Shown in pieces: positions 48,208 to 62,168 of a stretch of DNA of 64,000 bases. The notes under the pieces are model-generated. The model did not search any database. It saw only the letters and a program-made list of their open reading frames with translations, and had not been told where the DNA came from. The stretch comes from Nemertoderma westbladi (lineage: Eukaryota > Animalia > Xenacoelomorpha): contig JAUCBJ010005137.1 of assembly GCA_032718475.1 (NCBI GenBank), forward strand, positions 62,001-126,000, written 5' to 3'. The position numbers were made by a program, and so were the translations under genes. Each line of letters begins with the position of its first letter. The first letter of the stretch is position 1.

Positions 48208-51200
48208 ATGATTAACATTGTTTATGTCATTGCTGAGCAGGATGTACAAGCAACAGATCAGGTTATAGTGGACAGTGAATGTGAAGGTAAAGCTAAAGCT
48301 AAAGCTAAAGCAGATCTGCCTACTTACAAACCATTCCACCCTCCAAGCTTTAAGTGGGGCGCAACTTCTGATGGTCATATTCTTAGTAAGGAAGTGCATC
48401 TGATTTACTCTACAGTCTCACATTGGCGCAAGAACTGTTTCAAGTTACCTTTAGGCAAGGCATGGTAAAGCATTTGTAAGTGAAACAAATAGATAACGGC
48501 CTCACCTTTAGAGGGCCTAACATTCAAGCTAATTGCAATTATGCCACACTTGCTATCACAAAAGCCCCACAGTAAGTCAAAGGCTGTTGAGCATAGCAAG
48601 GTGCTGTCTTCAAGGCTCCAGGTATGGGACTCTGGTGACTTCCACTCCCTTCTTAGAGCTGTGTTAGCTATACAGGAGAAGATTCAAAGGAAACTCCCTG
48701 ACCGAAAACAGTCGGACACTTCACGAATCTTTAGTAAGCAAGTATTTGCTGGAAATATCGCAGCAGCACTTAGTTTCCTAGAAAATTCAAACGTGCCCTT
48801 ATTAAAAATCCGGGAGTGCGACCAATAGGTGTTGGGGAGAGTCTGAAACGGCTGATTGTCAGAATTGTAGTGGGGGCCATTAGGGATGAGATCAAGCAAG
48901 CTGCTGGACCATTCCAAACAGCAGCAGGACATCCTGCTGGAGTAGAATCTGCGATTCATGCACTAACTGAAGACTTTGAGGATGACAGTTAATGTGAAGC
49001 TGTCATAATGATAGATGCTACAAATGCGTTCAACCTCCTGAACAGATCAGTGGCCTTACATAATGTCAGAATTTTGTGTCCATTTTTATCAACATACCTG
49101 ATAAACACATACCGGAAGAGGATTCGACTATTTTGTGGCACAATTGAGTTAGAATCTTCGGAAGGTACAACGCAGGGCAACCCAGCTGCATTTCCCTGGT
49201 CTGGTATTTCAGTGACCCCACTGATATATCACCATCCAACCAAGGCAAAATCAGTTTGGTATGCCTATGCATAGATGATGCAAATTGTTAGAGCTTCGGG
49301 CGTGGTGGAACTATATCTCTCTACATGGACCTGCTTAGGGTATCACCCTAAGGCATAAAAGTCTTGGCTTATAGTAAAACCGGGTTTAATGGAAGCAGCA
49401 GAGGGGATATTTAAGGAAGTGATGGTGCAAATTACAGACCAGGGCCAGCGCCTTCTAGGAAGTGTCATAGGAACACAAGTTTTCTCTTCAATGTTTGCTA
49501 AGACTAAGATTGCAGGTTGGTGTGATCAGATTGAGAAGCTGGCAGAAATTGCTGAAACCGAGCCACATGCTGCCTATGTCGTTTTTACACATGGCCTAAG
49601 TTCTAGATAGACATTCTTCCAGCGCTGCTACAAAGGTGATGAGGGTCTCTTTGATCCACTTGAAGATTCAATCTACAAGAAACTGATCCCATTTATACTG
49701 GGTTCCATTTGCGATTCAAGTCTTAGGGACATACTAGATCGTCCAGTACGCTATGGTGGTTTCGGGATTACAAATCCTTCTTCTTCTGCAGCTCTTCAAA
49801 TTGACAACGCTTGTGTTGTAACTAAACAGCACAAAACATGTATACATAAACAGAGTATGTTCCTTGAACACTCATCTTCAGAGGCTCAGAAAGCCATAAC
49901 TTTGGTAGTTCGAACCAGAACTATACAGCTTTGGAACACCAACGCCATCATCAAGGACTCCTGTGATCCACTAATGGCATGTGCTCTTGACCACGAATCG
50001 CGCCCGGGCACTCCATCATGGTTGACCGCTCTTCCATTCGAGTGCGAAGGTTTTGCCCTAAACAAATCTGATTTTCGAGATGCAAACGCTCTAAGATACA
50101 ACCTCCCTATATTTGGCATGCCATCCTCCTGTGTCTGTTCTGCCTCTTTTACACCCGACCATGCTCTATCTTGCAAGAAAGGCGGCTTTATCGCATTACG
50201 CCACAATGAAGTTCGCGATCTGCTGCCCAATCTCTTGCGTGAGGTGTGTACGGATTAGGGTGGTCCTTATTTTGAAAGGTTGGAATTTATCATCTCTGAC
50301 CCCCTCAAATGTTTCCATTACGTCAAAAAATACGACATGCGAAATTTTAAGCATGCACATCAAATATTAGAGGTAGCTCAAACACACTGAAGTTGAGTGC
50401 CTGCTCACCGATTGATCGCGCGCGAAGAATTTAATAGAGTTTGCTGATATGAAGGCTTCTGTTGGTCGTACAGAGTTCATTTTAGGCTTATTTGAACCGC
50501 AATCATCGATTTAGTGGGTGTAGATACCTTCAAAACAAGAGTTAAGCTAGTAGTTCTTGAGATATCACACAAAAGCTTAAGCCTGGCACAACTCATCAAT
50601 CGATCATTCAATTGATTACGCCTAGGGCATATTGAAATATTGGCATTAACATTTTGTAGGTCTACCTCCCTGCATCTTATTTCAGTTAATCTCGATTTTA
50701 GCATTGTCTAACCATTCAAAGCTATGTTTAGTAAAAAAAAATTAATCACAACCCCATGGGAAATGCTTGCACAAGCATCACTAATTTGTGTCTCAGCGCC
50801 ATTTGGTACGATATCAATAATTGGCCACAAAACTTAACTTTTGGTTAATTATATCTAGGAACTGTTAGTTTATTTTGATTTTGACTGATTTTAAGTGCAG
50901 AACCCAAAAATCGCATCTGATTTGTATTTTAAAATGATATGGTGCATGATATACAACAATACTATACTGTACTTCAAAGCATTTTAAGATAAGGATTGAT
51001 AGATGCAGAGATATGTGAATCCAGCGACCAAAAGAGTTCTAATATATATGGGAAGAAGCTTTGCACATATGTATTATACATAATTAGGCAATGCTGATTC
51101 CAAATCTGATTTCAGATTTGCCCTACCACATCAAGTTTTTTCACAATTGCCACTTTGAGTTCAAAAACTTATTGCAAACGACTGTGATGAGTGGCGTAGA

Positions 51201-53210
51201 TTCAAATGAGAATCAAATATGCTCAAAATCAATCCAAAACATTGAATGGAGCTATGTTTATATGAATTATATATTTTTAAACAATGCTGATTCCAAATCT
51301 GCTTTCATAATTGCCATACTGCCATAGCAAGTTTTTTTTACAATTGCCAATTTAAGTTCAAATTACTTATCGCAAACAATTATTATGAGTGAAAGTTGAT
51401 TCAATAAGAATAAAATACACCCCCAAATCAATCTACAACATATGCTATGGTAAATCTGATAGCAGATTCACCATATAGATTGCATTGTTTAATATATAAC
51501 TCAAATTAACAAAGCTTTTTTTCATGTTTTATATTGATTTGGAGCATATTTGATTATTATTGAATCTACTTCACTCATCACAGTTGTTCGCAATAAGTAA
51601 TTTGAACTCAAATTGGCAATTGTGAAAAAACTTGATATGCTATGGCAGCATGGCAAATCTGAAAGCAGATTTGGAATCACCATTGTTTAATTATATATAA
51701 TTCATATGAACAGAGCTCCTTTCAATGTTTTAGATTGATTTTGAGCATATTTGATTCTCATTTGAATCTACATCACTCATCATAGTCATTTGCGATAAGT
51801 TTTTAGAATTCAAATTGGCAATTGTGAGAAAACTTGATGGGGTAGGGAAAATCTGAAATCAGATTTGGAATCAGGATTGTCTAATCATGTATAATGCATA
51901 TGTTCAAAGCTTCTTCCCATATATATTAGAACTCTTTTGGTCGCTGGATGCGCTGGTCGCTGTATCTATCAATCCTTTTAATATGCTTTGAAGTACAGTA
52001 TAGTATTGTTGTATATCATGCACTATATCATTTTAAAATTCAAATCAGATGAGATTTTTGGATTCTGCAACTTAAAAATCAGTCAAAATCAAATTAAACG
52101 AACAGTTCCTAGATATGATTAACCAAAAGTTAAGTTTTGTGGCCAATTATTAATATCGTACCAAATGGCGCTTAGACACAAATTAGTGATGCTTGTGCAA
52201 GCATTTCCCATGGGGTTGTGATAAATTTTTTTTAACTAAACATAGCTTTGAATGGTTAGACAATGCTAAAATAGAGATTAACTGAAATAAAATGGAGGGA
52301 GGAAGACCTACAAAATGTTAATGCCAATATTTCAATATGTCCTAGGTGCAATCAATTGAATGATCGATTGATGAGTTGTGCCGGCTAGTGTGTATAAGCT
52401 TTTGTGTGATATCTCAAGAACTACTAGCTTAGCACTTGTTTTGAAGGTATCTACACCCACTAAATCGATGACTGCGGTTCAAATAAGCCTAAAATGAACT
52501 CTGTACAACAAATAGAAGCCTTCATATCAGCAAACTCCATTATATTCTGCGCGCGCGATCAAATGGTGTCCAAACGCTCAACTTCAGGGTGTTTGAGCTA
52601 CCTCTAAATATATATCATTTGTGCTCAAATTTTACTCAAGGTGTTTTTTTTATCAGAAGAAAGGACTTTGGGGGGTCAGAGGAGAATTTCCACAACTTTT
52701 AAATTTTACATTGAAATAAGGACCACCCTAGTACGGATGTAGCATTGGAGCCAAAACTGCAACCCATAACGGGTGAGGTCCTATTCCCAGGTTCAGCTAA
52801 CACATCCAGTGAAGCTTGTCTGGATATTTCGGTAAGGGGGTTTTGGGTTCGCTTCTCCAAATCTTTTTTCGATGTTCGTGTATTTTACCCGAATGCAACA
52901 TCATATCTCTCCTCTCCAATAGACTCTATTCTTAAGAGCCACGAAGATGAGAACTGCAGGTCCTAGAATGATAGAATTATAAATGTCGAGCGTGCCTCCT
53001 TTACCCCTTTAGTGTTTTCGACTGGTGGTGCAGCAGGGCCGGAGTGCAGCCGTTTCATAGACACCTGGCAGGTCTCCTTCGGAGAAGAGAGGCTCCACTT
53101 ATGCAGCTGTATCGCACTGTCTGCGTTGCAGGTTTCATTTAGTCTTGTGAGATCAGCAGGCATATGTCTGAGAGGACATAGATCTCTTCAAGCTTCCATC
53201 TTCTATTGAT
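48208..53210 (+). mobile_element. Decayed CRE-clade non-LTR retrotransposon (RT + restriction-like endonuclease) in SR gene intron 2
   Basis: IDATNAFNLLNR, EGTTQG.P, HALSCKKGGFIALRHNEVRD, EPKLQPITGE..LDISVRGFW..FFDVRVFYP, SFTPLVFSTGG; many stops and frameshifts. Confidence 0.88.
50256..52730. mobile_element. hAT-like foldback element with ~1.1-kb inverted arms, 8-bp TSD GTACGGAT, inserted in the CRE element
   Basis: GTACGGAT|TAGGGTGGTCCTTATTT ... AAATAAGGACCACCCTA|GTACGGAT; removing it restores EVCTDVALEPKLQP. Confidence 0.95.
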
Positions 53211-54540
53211 GACCCGCGGCTTATTCCAGATCTGGGCCCCCATCATAATCTTCACCATTAAAGCCCCCATTCTTTACGTAACTTATCTTTTGTTATTTCT
53301 TTTGATATGTTATTGCACGTTCCCACATTCTACCTGTTTACTTTAATCTCGTTATTGGATCCATCACTGTTGCTTCATTTACTTCATTGCGGTATACAGT
53401 ATTACAGTAGTTGAATTACTTTACATTATTTTATACGGTCGTAATAATTATTTGTCTGTTAATTTACTTTTTAAATTAATTAATCGTACTCTATTATTTT
53501 ATCGTCTCTAATATTATGATTCATTATACTAATTACATTGTAGATTAAAAACTAAAAAATTAACATTGTTTATTCACCGAAATGAGAAATCAATTAATTA
53601 TTCGAATGGGATTTGTGTTTAAACCCCAAAAATATTTTCCTCAAAATTCATATTTTCTCAAAATAAATACAATACCTGGATATGTTTCATCACATTGAGG
53701 TGACATTGTTAATCAAAAAATAAATAATGCCCGACGAAAGAGTGAGCCGTACCTTTAGTAGATAAATGGATCACAACGCGATCACGATAACGAAATCTTA
53801 TTAAAAAAATAACTAGTAAAAATTAACATCAGAATTATTTCGAATTACGTCGTATATATATATACCTTCAAATTTTGGTATAATGGAGTGGCTCCGGCAA
53901 TTATAAAACGGTATTAATATTAGGAATCTAGAAAATGAAGGTGGTTCTTATAGAATGATATCTGCATTCCAGTAGTGCAGAGAGCTAAATGTAAACAGAC
54001 ACTATAACATATTATTGTAACGGATTAAGAAACTTGTAAGATTCATTGTGGCTAACAGTAAATATAAATATAATATAGAAATAGTGCCGAACTATCATAA
54101 TATCAAATTTCTTAGCATTTGGTTATTGGAATACCAAAAAAATAATTTTTGGAAACTATTGGAAGACCAAATAAAAAAAATATATTTTTTTTTGGGGGGG
54201 GGGGGGGGGGCTGTGGAGTGGGCTGTGAGTGGTCAAAAAAGATTTTATATTAGAGGTTAAGGTATAAGTAACGATTTATGATTGAGGTTTTTCTTTCTAA
54301 CTGTATCGTTTGAATTCTCCTCATCAGAGCTTCGGATAATTATTCAACCATTGCCGAGATAAATAAACTACCAATGGGCGCCCATGCCCCCTCTACAATG
54401 CCGATACAATAGCCTCTACTACTATTGGAGACAGACAAGCCTAGCCTCGACCTCTCCTATTGGTTATTGAGGTGACCTCATTAGGCCTATCAATGTGTAT
54501 CTGGTTTTCTGTTTACTGCGAACCAATTAATTACTTCAAA

Positions 54541-55404
54541 ACATCATACTTTACGAGAACATATACTTTACGAGAACATATACTTTACGAGAACATATAC
54601 TTTACGAGAACATATACTTTACGAGAACATCATACTTTACGAGAACATCATACTTTACGAGAACATATACTTTACGAGAACATATACTTTACGAGAACAT
54701 ATACTTTACGAGAACATATACTTTACGAGAACATATACTTTACGAGAACATATACTTTACGAGAACATATACTTTACGAGAACATATACTTTACGAGAAC
54801 AAATACTTTACGAGAACATATACTTTACGAGAACATATACTTTACGAGAACATATACTTTACGAGAACATATACTTTACGAGAACATATACTTTACGAGA
54901 ACATATACTTTACGAGAACATATACTTTACGAGAACATATACTTTACGAGAACATATACTTTACGAGAACATATACTTTACGAGAACATATACTTTACGA
55001 GAACATATACTTTACGAGAAGATATACTTTACGAGAACATATACTTTACGAGAACATATACTTTACGAGAACATATACTTTACGAGAACATATACTTTAC
55101 GAGAACATATACTTTACGAGAACATATACTTTACGAGAACATATACTTTACGAGAACATATACTTTACGAGAACATATACTTTACGAGAACATATACTTT
55201 ACGAGAACATATACTTTACGAGAACATATACTTTACGAGAACATATACTTTACGAGAACATATACTTTACGAGAACATATACTTTACGAGAACATATACT
55301 TTACGAGAACATATACTTTACGAGAACATCATACTTTACGAGAACATATACTTTACGAGAACATATACTTTACGAGAACATATACTTTACGAGAACATAT
55401 ACTT
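54541..55404. repeat. 17-bp minisatellite (TACTTTACGAGAACATA), about 50 copies
   Basis: Near-perfect array with a few 18-bp (ACATCATA) and single-base variants. Confidence 0.97.
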
Positions 55405-55657
55405 GCTTAACAATACATTCAACTTCAACAATTCATATACATTCTTACAGTGAAACAATACCCCATTTTCTCACGTATTGTAATACATACAGACTGCATA
55501 CAGATTCAGATACTCTTTGTCACACACAACCATGTGTACCGATATTCTACAAAGGTTTGTGGGGAATTGTGAAGGTGGGATAATTATTGTTTTGTTTGGA
55601 AACAGTCGAACTACAATGTGTTACTAACTAATCCTACTCCACCCGACACCTCCATAT

Positions 55658-56060
55658 TAGTGTTTAAACGGGATCACACTTTTCGGGATTGCAATTTTGA
55701 ATACAAATATCTTAACGTTTACAGTATATATTGCTGTATAAGTATAAAACGGGTTTCTGGCAAAATTATATCACTTTATTTCGCGCAGAAAAATATTAGT
55801 ATTCAAAGATAAAATTATTATTAAAATGTATTTATAGTTGATTACTGGATGGTTTACCCACATCCAGTAAACAGACAATTCAATATAATCAAGATACATT
55901 TCTGCTCTGGTGGAATTATTTTTCGGATATTCATGAAATTTAGTTCACGATATTTATATGTACTTCGGGATCCCGTTCCAATAAAGTCGGGATCGGGAAC
56001 GGGATTGCAATTTTCACCGGGATCCCAACTTTTCGGGATCGGGATCCCGTTTAAACACTA
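55658..56060. mobile_element. hAT-like MITE
   Basis: TAGTGTTTAAACGGGATC ... GATCCCGTTTAAACACTA; 8-bp flanks CTCCATAT / CACCATAT; multiple CGGGAT subterminal motifs. Confidence 0.85.
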
Positions 56061-56178
56061 CACCATATTAACAATAAGAACATCCGACAAAATATATTTT
56101 ACACCTACTGAGATACCGGTACTGTTTACTTTACTTTCACAGCCCGTTAAACTTTCACAGCCCGTTAATTTCTTATAG

Positions 56179-56262
56179 GATGCCATCCGGTACGAGAATG
56201 GAAGACGACTTCACCAACAAGCTATAGTGGTCGAATGGGCTCGGGGTCCAGGCTCCAAATAT
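56179..56262 (+). CDS. SR-type splicing factor, exon 3 (DAIRYENGRRLHQQAIVVEWARGPGSKY)
   Basis: TTCTTATAG acceptor, GTAAGT donor, phase 0; completes the RRM (DAEDA..NG..IVVEWA). Confidence 0.88.
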
Positions 56263-56962
56263 GTAAGTGTAAGTTAATCCAAGTTTATATTATACTTTAT
56301 AACTAACTATTGTTGTTATTTATTACGTAGCTTTATAGAGTTAGTTCAAACAGGATAACGAAAATTCGGAATCTCGGCGGAAAATGTAATCAGGACAGGA
56401 TCAAGGACTAATTGATTACTAACCGTTAGTAATACAGCTCTTGCACTGATAAAGTACCACTTTACACAGCCTGACCGGGCTGGTTTGTTACACAAACGAA
56501 CGCATGGAGTGTGTTACGGCATACATTTAGTATCAATATTCAATAATTTAATACAGGTGATAGTATTGATAGTTTTAAATGATTTTTGCAATGCTGAATT
56601 ATTTCGATTGATATTATCGTGTCTGACACGTAGCGGTCCGCTTGTGGGAAGGCGTATTATTGATATAAATCAAGTGGTTGAACCCATGATCAGTGGCCCG
56701 GGTGATCATGTCGGTTTGTCTGGAGAGGTCCCTTCCAAGTGGTGCTAGTGAAGGCTGGTCCTTAGAGAATATCCTTCACTTACGAAGTTATCATTTCGCT
56801 CTTGCGATCCACGAATGTCATATATTTCTTTATAGTCAGTATAAAATATCACTGTCAAATACTAACTTTAAGTAATGCTAATGTGTAACCATTTTGGATT
56901 AAAATATTATGATAGTAGTAAAATAATCAAAAAAATTAATATAATAAGTACATTCACTTTAC

Positions 56963-58715
56963 TGATGCATCCCCCAAGTCAACGCTCCACTGCAATAACT
57001 GCAGATGCATCCCAGACAGCAGTTGGCGCAGTTCTAGAGCAATTTGTTAATAATGCTTGGATACCTTTAGCATATTTTAGCAAACATTTGCGCCCAGCAG
57101 AACAAAAATATAGCACTTTTGATCGTGAGCTACTTGCACTACATCTTACCATTAGACAGTTTCGATATTTCTTGAAGGTAGACACTTTATCGCCGTCACA
57201 GATCACAAACCATTATTCGGTGCTATGTCAAAATCGTCAGAACCATCGTCTCCCTGTCAGCAACGTCATCTGTCGTATCTATCGGAATTTACGACAGACA
57301 TTCTCTATGTTGCAGGTAATGACAATGTGATAGCAGACACCCTGTCCCGTCCACCAAGTAATGCTATTAACATTAATAATCAGCTATCAGTCATCACCTC
57401 TCTGGGTATTGATTATCAACAATTAGCTACAGACCAAAAATCTGATCTAGACGTAAAAACTTACTGCACGGCTATCACTGGTTTTAATGTCCAGGATATA
57501 CCTTTAAACAATGATCCACACACTGCATTCTTATGTGACATTTCTATGGGTTGTCCAAGACCAATTGTTCCTGAAACTTGGCGGCGACGAGTTTTTCAAC
57601 TTTTACATGAACTCTCACATCCATCGATACGTGTCACTAAAAAACTTATATCAAATAGATTTATAGGGAGATGATAATAATCAATAAAGATGTTACCAAT
57701 TGGGCGAAAACTTGCATTGCCTGCCAATCATCGAAAATTTATCGCCCGGTATTGTGTCTTCTCCTAAAGAACACATCGATATTCCAATTCGTCGTTTTGA
57801 GTACATTAATGTAGACCTCGTTGGTCCTTTACTGATCTCTCAGGGTTGTTCATACATTGTCACTTTAATTGATCGTACCACACGATGGCTGGAAGCCATA
57901 CCATTAGCTGATAGTGAAGCCGAAACCTGTGCTTGGCCATTGATCACACACTGGATTTCACGTTTTGGAATCCCAACACATATTACTTCAGACAGTGGCC
58001 GACAATTTGTATCAGAATTGTGGAGGTGCTTGGCGAGGTCTCTCGGAATCCAACTTCACAATACTACGGCCTACCACCCACAATCAAACTGTATGGTCGA
58101 ACGTTTTCATTGATCCCTTTGAAAACCCATCCGGTCCCAATTGGGTCAATGAACTTTCCTGGGTTCTTCTGGGGCACCGTAGTGCACCACGCGAAGACAT
58201 CAACTGTAGTATTGCTGAACTCGTTTACAGCCAGCCACTTCTGTTACCTGGTTGCTTTGTGCAAGATCAACCAACCGAACAAGTGCCTTCACCAACTCTC
58301 ATCAAAGCGAAAATTGATAGACTTTTACCAAACTCGAGTTTCCACCATAATATGGCTTCATCCTTCATACTATGTCTTCAGATGGCCCGCCAAACACGCA
58401 CCTAGTATATACAGAGCTCTCTTCAGTCATGTGAATACGTTTTCATACGCAGTGATTCACACCGTGCACCGCTTCAAAAGGCCTTATGAACCATTCAAAG
58501 TTTTGAATCGACAACGAAAATTTTTCAACATACAAGTGGGCTCGGAGAATCAATCCATTTCTGTGAATCGTCTTAAACCTGCCCATATGGACGCATTGAA
58601 AGCAGTGACTGTTTTTATGCCTCCACGCCGAGGACGACCACCTAAGATGAAATCTGAAACTATTAAACGATCTACTGGAGGTTCTGGGGGGAGCAGTGTA
58701 GTGGTTCAGTGAACA
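56963..58715 (+). mobile_element. Decayed Ty3/Gypsy pol (RNase H, integrase), PPT and start of 3' LTR
   Basis: DASQTAVGAVLEQ..KYSTFDRELLA; HELSHP; VDLVGPL..IDRTTRW..ITSDSGRQF..TTAYHPQSN.MVERFH; GGGGGGAGCAG-TG at ~58686-58698. Confidence 0.92.
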
Positions 58716-59235
58716 CCATGGTCAACCTTATCGAAAGCCTTGGCGAAGTCAAGGTAAACTACATCAGCACCATCAGATGTGGAAACTAGATTAAGAAGTT
58801 GAGTATAATGGTCTATGAGCTGTGAAAGACAAGATCAACCTTTTCGAAAGCCATGCTGACAGATGTTCATTACACTATTTGATTAAGATAGTTAACTAAT
58901 ACTTCTCTCACAATCCTTTCTATAATTTTAGAGAGGTGGGATGTAAGAGCGATTGGCCTATAGTTAACAGGATCGAGACGTGAGCCCTTCCTCTTAAAGA
59001 CAGGGGTTATAATATACGCCGATTTGAGCGCTTGAGGAAAATTCCGGTTTCTAAGGAACTCCTGTAGGAGGGGGTATAATAATTATGCTTTGCATGTCTT
59101 AAGTAGTAGAACTGGTAACTCATTTGGACCAGGGGCTTTACAAGCGCTTTGTTCATAAATGGCCTTGGATATATCATCCATGGTGATTTGAAATTCAGTC
59201 AACTTTGCACTTGGATCTGATTCAAAGAAACTTCG
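58716..59235 (-). mobile_element. CR1/L2-group LINE RT fragment
   Basis: Minus strand reads NYRPIALTSHLSKIIERIV, QHGFRKG, DVVYLDFAKAFDKVDH. Confidence 0.85.
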
Positions 59236-59481
59236 ATGTTCATAAATAATACAGGAAGTGACAGGATTTGAAAAAAAACGAAAATATATTGACCTTAACG
59301 AATTGAACTTAAACTTTTCAGATTTTTAACTACGACTATTATACCGAACTATATTTTACATTACAGACTGTATTTATTATTACTTCATGATTTTATTCTT
59401 TTTAGCATATTTTATTTCATAAGTTACCTTTTAACTTCAATATCCATGAAATATATTTTTATAACATTACTACTTTATTTA

Positions 59482-62168
59482 CACCATGTCACAGAATATA
59501 GTGTCGTAATTCAGTGACACGCCCCACACGCCCCCCCCCCCCCCTCCCCCTAATTTTTCTACAAATCGTAATGAGATTGCATGGAATTTGAAACAGAGAT
59601 AGTTTCACCTCCCGACCACTGACTGACTGGGTGAGCCAGAATTTTTATTTTTGCTTTCAATCTTTAGCTACAAGCGTTTAAAAAAAGTGTCTCCAGCGAT
59701 ATTACACCAGTTACACCGCAGTTATTATTCTACCTTATAGCTGTTTGTTGGTACCAATGGAAATCTGGTCATGCAAGGATTCCAAATATGTAACACAATT
59801 TGAATTTCGTTGAAAAATAGCTGAGATATGAGCGTTCGAATGTTACATGGTTTTGCACCGGGGCGAGGCTATTTTATTCTATTTAATAAACGCCACTAAT
59901 TGAATGCCACCCCAAATTAGATGATTTAACACCAATATAAATTATTTTCCACCAAATATATTTTTTTGTAACACCAATTCACATCCCCCAATATTGAATA
60001 TCCCTCTCACCAAAAACAATTATTCATCCCCCAAAAACAATTATTCGTCCCCCAAAAACAATTATTGATTCCCCAAAAACAATTATTCATCCCCCAAAAA
60101 CAATTATTCTTCCCCAAAAACAATTATTCATCCCCCAAAAAACAATTATTCATCCCCCAAAAACAATTATTCATCCCCCGGAAACAATTATTCTACCCCC
60201 AAAAACAATTATTGATTCCCCAAAAACAATTATTCATCCCCCAAAAATAATTACTTGTCAACCAAAAACAATTATTCATCCCCAAAAATAATTACTTGTC
60301 AACCAAAAAAAATTATTCCAGCACCAAATATTTTATATTAAATCCTGGTATTCTTCACATGGGCGCATGCTTCAGTCTTCAGTTACAGTATTCGTACCGA
60401 TGGGCCTAATGCCTTCAGAACAACGTATATTAGAACGTTATTACAACGTTATTAGGTTTCGAACCGATGTACCATGGCCTACTATATACTATATATACTA
60501 CTAATATACTATACTACTAATATATACTATATCCTACTATATAGTATATAGTAGGCCATGGATGTACCTACAGTATTAGGCCTACTTCAGTTTCAGTATT
60601 CGTACCTATAGGCCTATTGCCTTCAGAACAACGTATTCTGTTATTAGGTTTCGTACCGATGTACCTACAGTATTAGGCCTACTTCAGTTTCAGTATTCGT
60701 ACCTATAGGCCTATTGCCTACATATTACCGGTATTGCCTATGGCCAAGGACTACTATACTACAGTAGTATAGTAGTCCTTGCCTATGGCCTATTACTTAT
60801 TCTGTTATTAGGTTTCAGTATTACGGCAGTACTGAAGTTTTTGTCTAACTTCCAGGAAGTGCTAGGCCTATTGCTGCAGTAGTATAGTATTTATTATGGG
60901 GGATTATGTATTTATTTTGGGCTAAAATGTATATGTTTTGGGGGAAAATGTATTTATTTTGGGCGAAGATGTATTTGTTTTGGGGGGAAATGTATTTATT
61001 TTGGGCTAAAATGTATTTGTTTTGGGGGAAAATGTATTTATTTTGGGCGAAAATGTATTTGTTTTGGGGGAAAATGTTTTTGTTTTGGGAAAATATGTAA
61101 TTATTTTGGGGGTTTTGTCATTTATTTTGGTGCTAATAATTGGTCTTAGGAAGCATTTATTTATTTTGGTATTGAATAATTGGTTTGGTGTTAAATAATT
61201 TTTTTGGTTTTGAAAAATTTATTTTGGTGTTTGAATAATTTTAGTTGGGGTGACTTTATTTTATTTGGTGTTGAATAATTTTTTTGGGGTCACATTATTT
61301 AATTTGGTATAAAATAATTTTTTTGGTGAAATTTTCATAAATTTTGGGATGACTTTAATTGGTAGCCCTATATTAAATAAACCATATTCTGGAATATTTT
61401 TTAAATGTATGAATAGCTACGAAATATAATGATTAAGTAATGCATTGTTGCCCAGCTACGTATTTGGATAAACAAAAAATTCCAGAATATGATGCCTTTA
61501 TTAAATATAATAAAATAGCCTCGCGCAGGTGCATAACCATGCAACATTTGAACGCCCATATCTTAGCTATTTTTCAACGAAATTCAAATTGTGTTACATA
61601 ATTGGAATCCTTGCATGGCCAGCTTTCCATTGGTACCAACTAACAGCTATAAGGTAAAAGAATAACTGCGGTGTAACTGGTGTAATATCGCTGGAGACAC
61701 TTTTTTTAAACGCTTGTAGCTAAAGATTTGACATTTTGTATATTTATGAATAGCTACATAATAGTATAATTAAAGAGGTATTGCATTGTTGCCCAGCTAC
61801 GTATGGAATAAACAAAATGTTCTAGAATATGGTACATTAATTAAATAGAATAAATGGCCTGCAGGGGAAGCAAATACATGCAACATTCGAATGCCCATAT
61901 CCCAACCAAATTCAAATATTTTTACATATTTGGAATCCGTGCATGGGTAGCTTTCTATTGGTACCATCAAATCACAATAAGGGTGGAGAAAGATTGCACT
62001 GTGACCTGTGAAATATCGCCGGAGACACCTTTTTCAAACACTTGTAGCTTAAGATAGAAAGCAAAAATAAAAATTCTGGCTCACCTACGGAGGAGGAGGG
62101 AGGTGAAACTATCTCTGTTTCAAATTCCCAGGAACCTGAATAACGACACTATATTCCAGGACATGGTG
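59482..62168. mobile_element. Tc1/mariner-type non-autonomous element (TA TSD) containing a foldback with inverted 21-bp satellite arms (~60010-60320 and ~60905-61100)
   Basis: TA|CACCATGTC..GAATATAGTGTCGT ... ACGACACTATATTCCAGGACATGGTG|TA; long internal inverted segments (59640-59870 vs 61510-61730). Confidence 0.8.

Noticed and set aside
54460-55410. 316-aa repetitive ORF or CRISPR-like array
   Set aside because: Translation of a 17-bp minisatellite with a non-ATG start; no unique spacers; eukaryotic context
60065-61100. Short repetitive ORFs (IPQKQLF; MYLFWAK)
   Set aside because: Translations of 21-bp satellite arms of a foldback element
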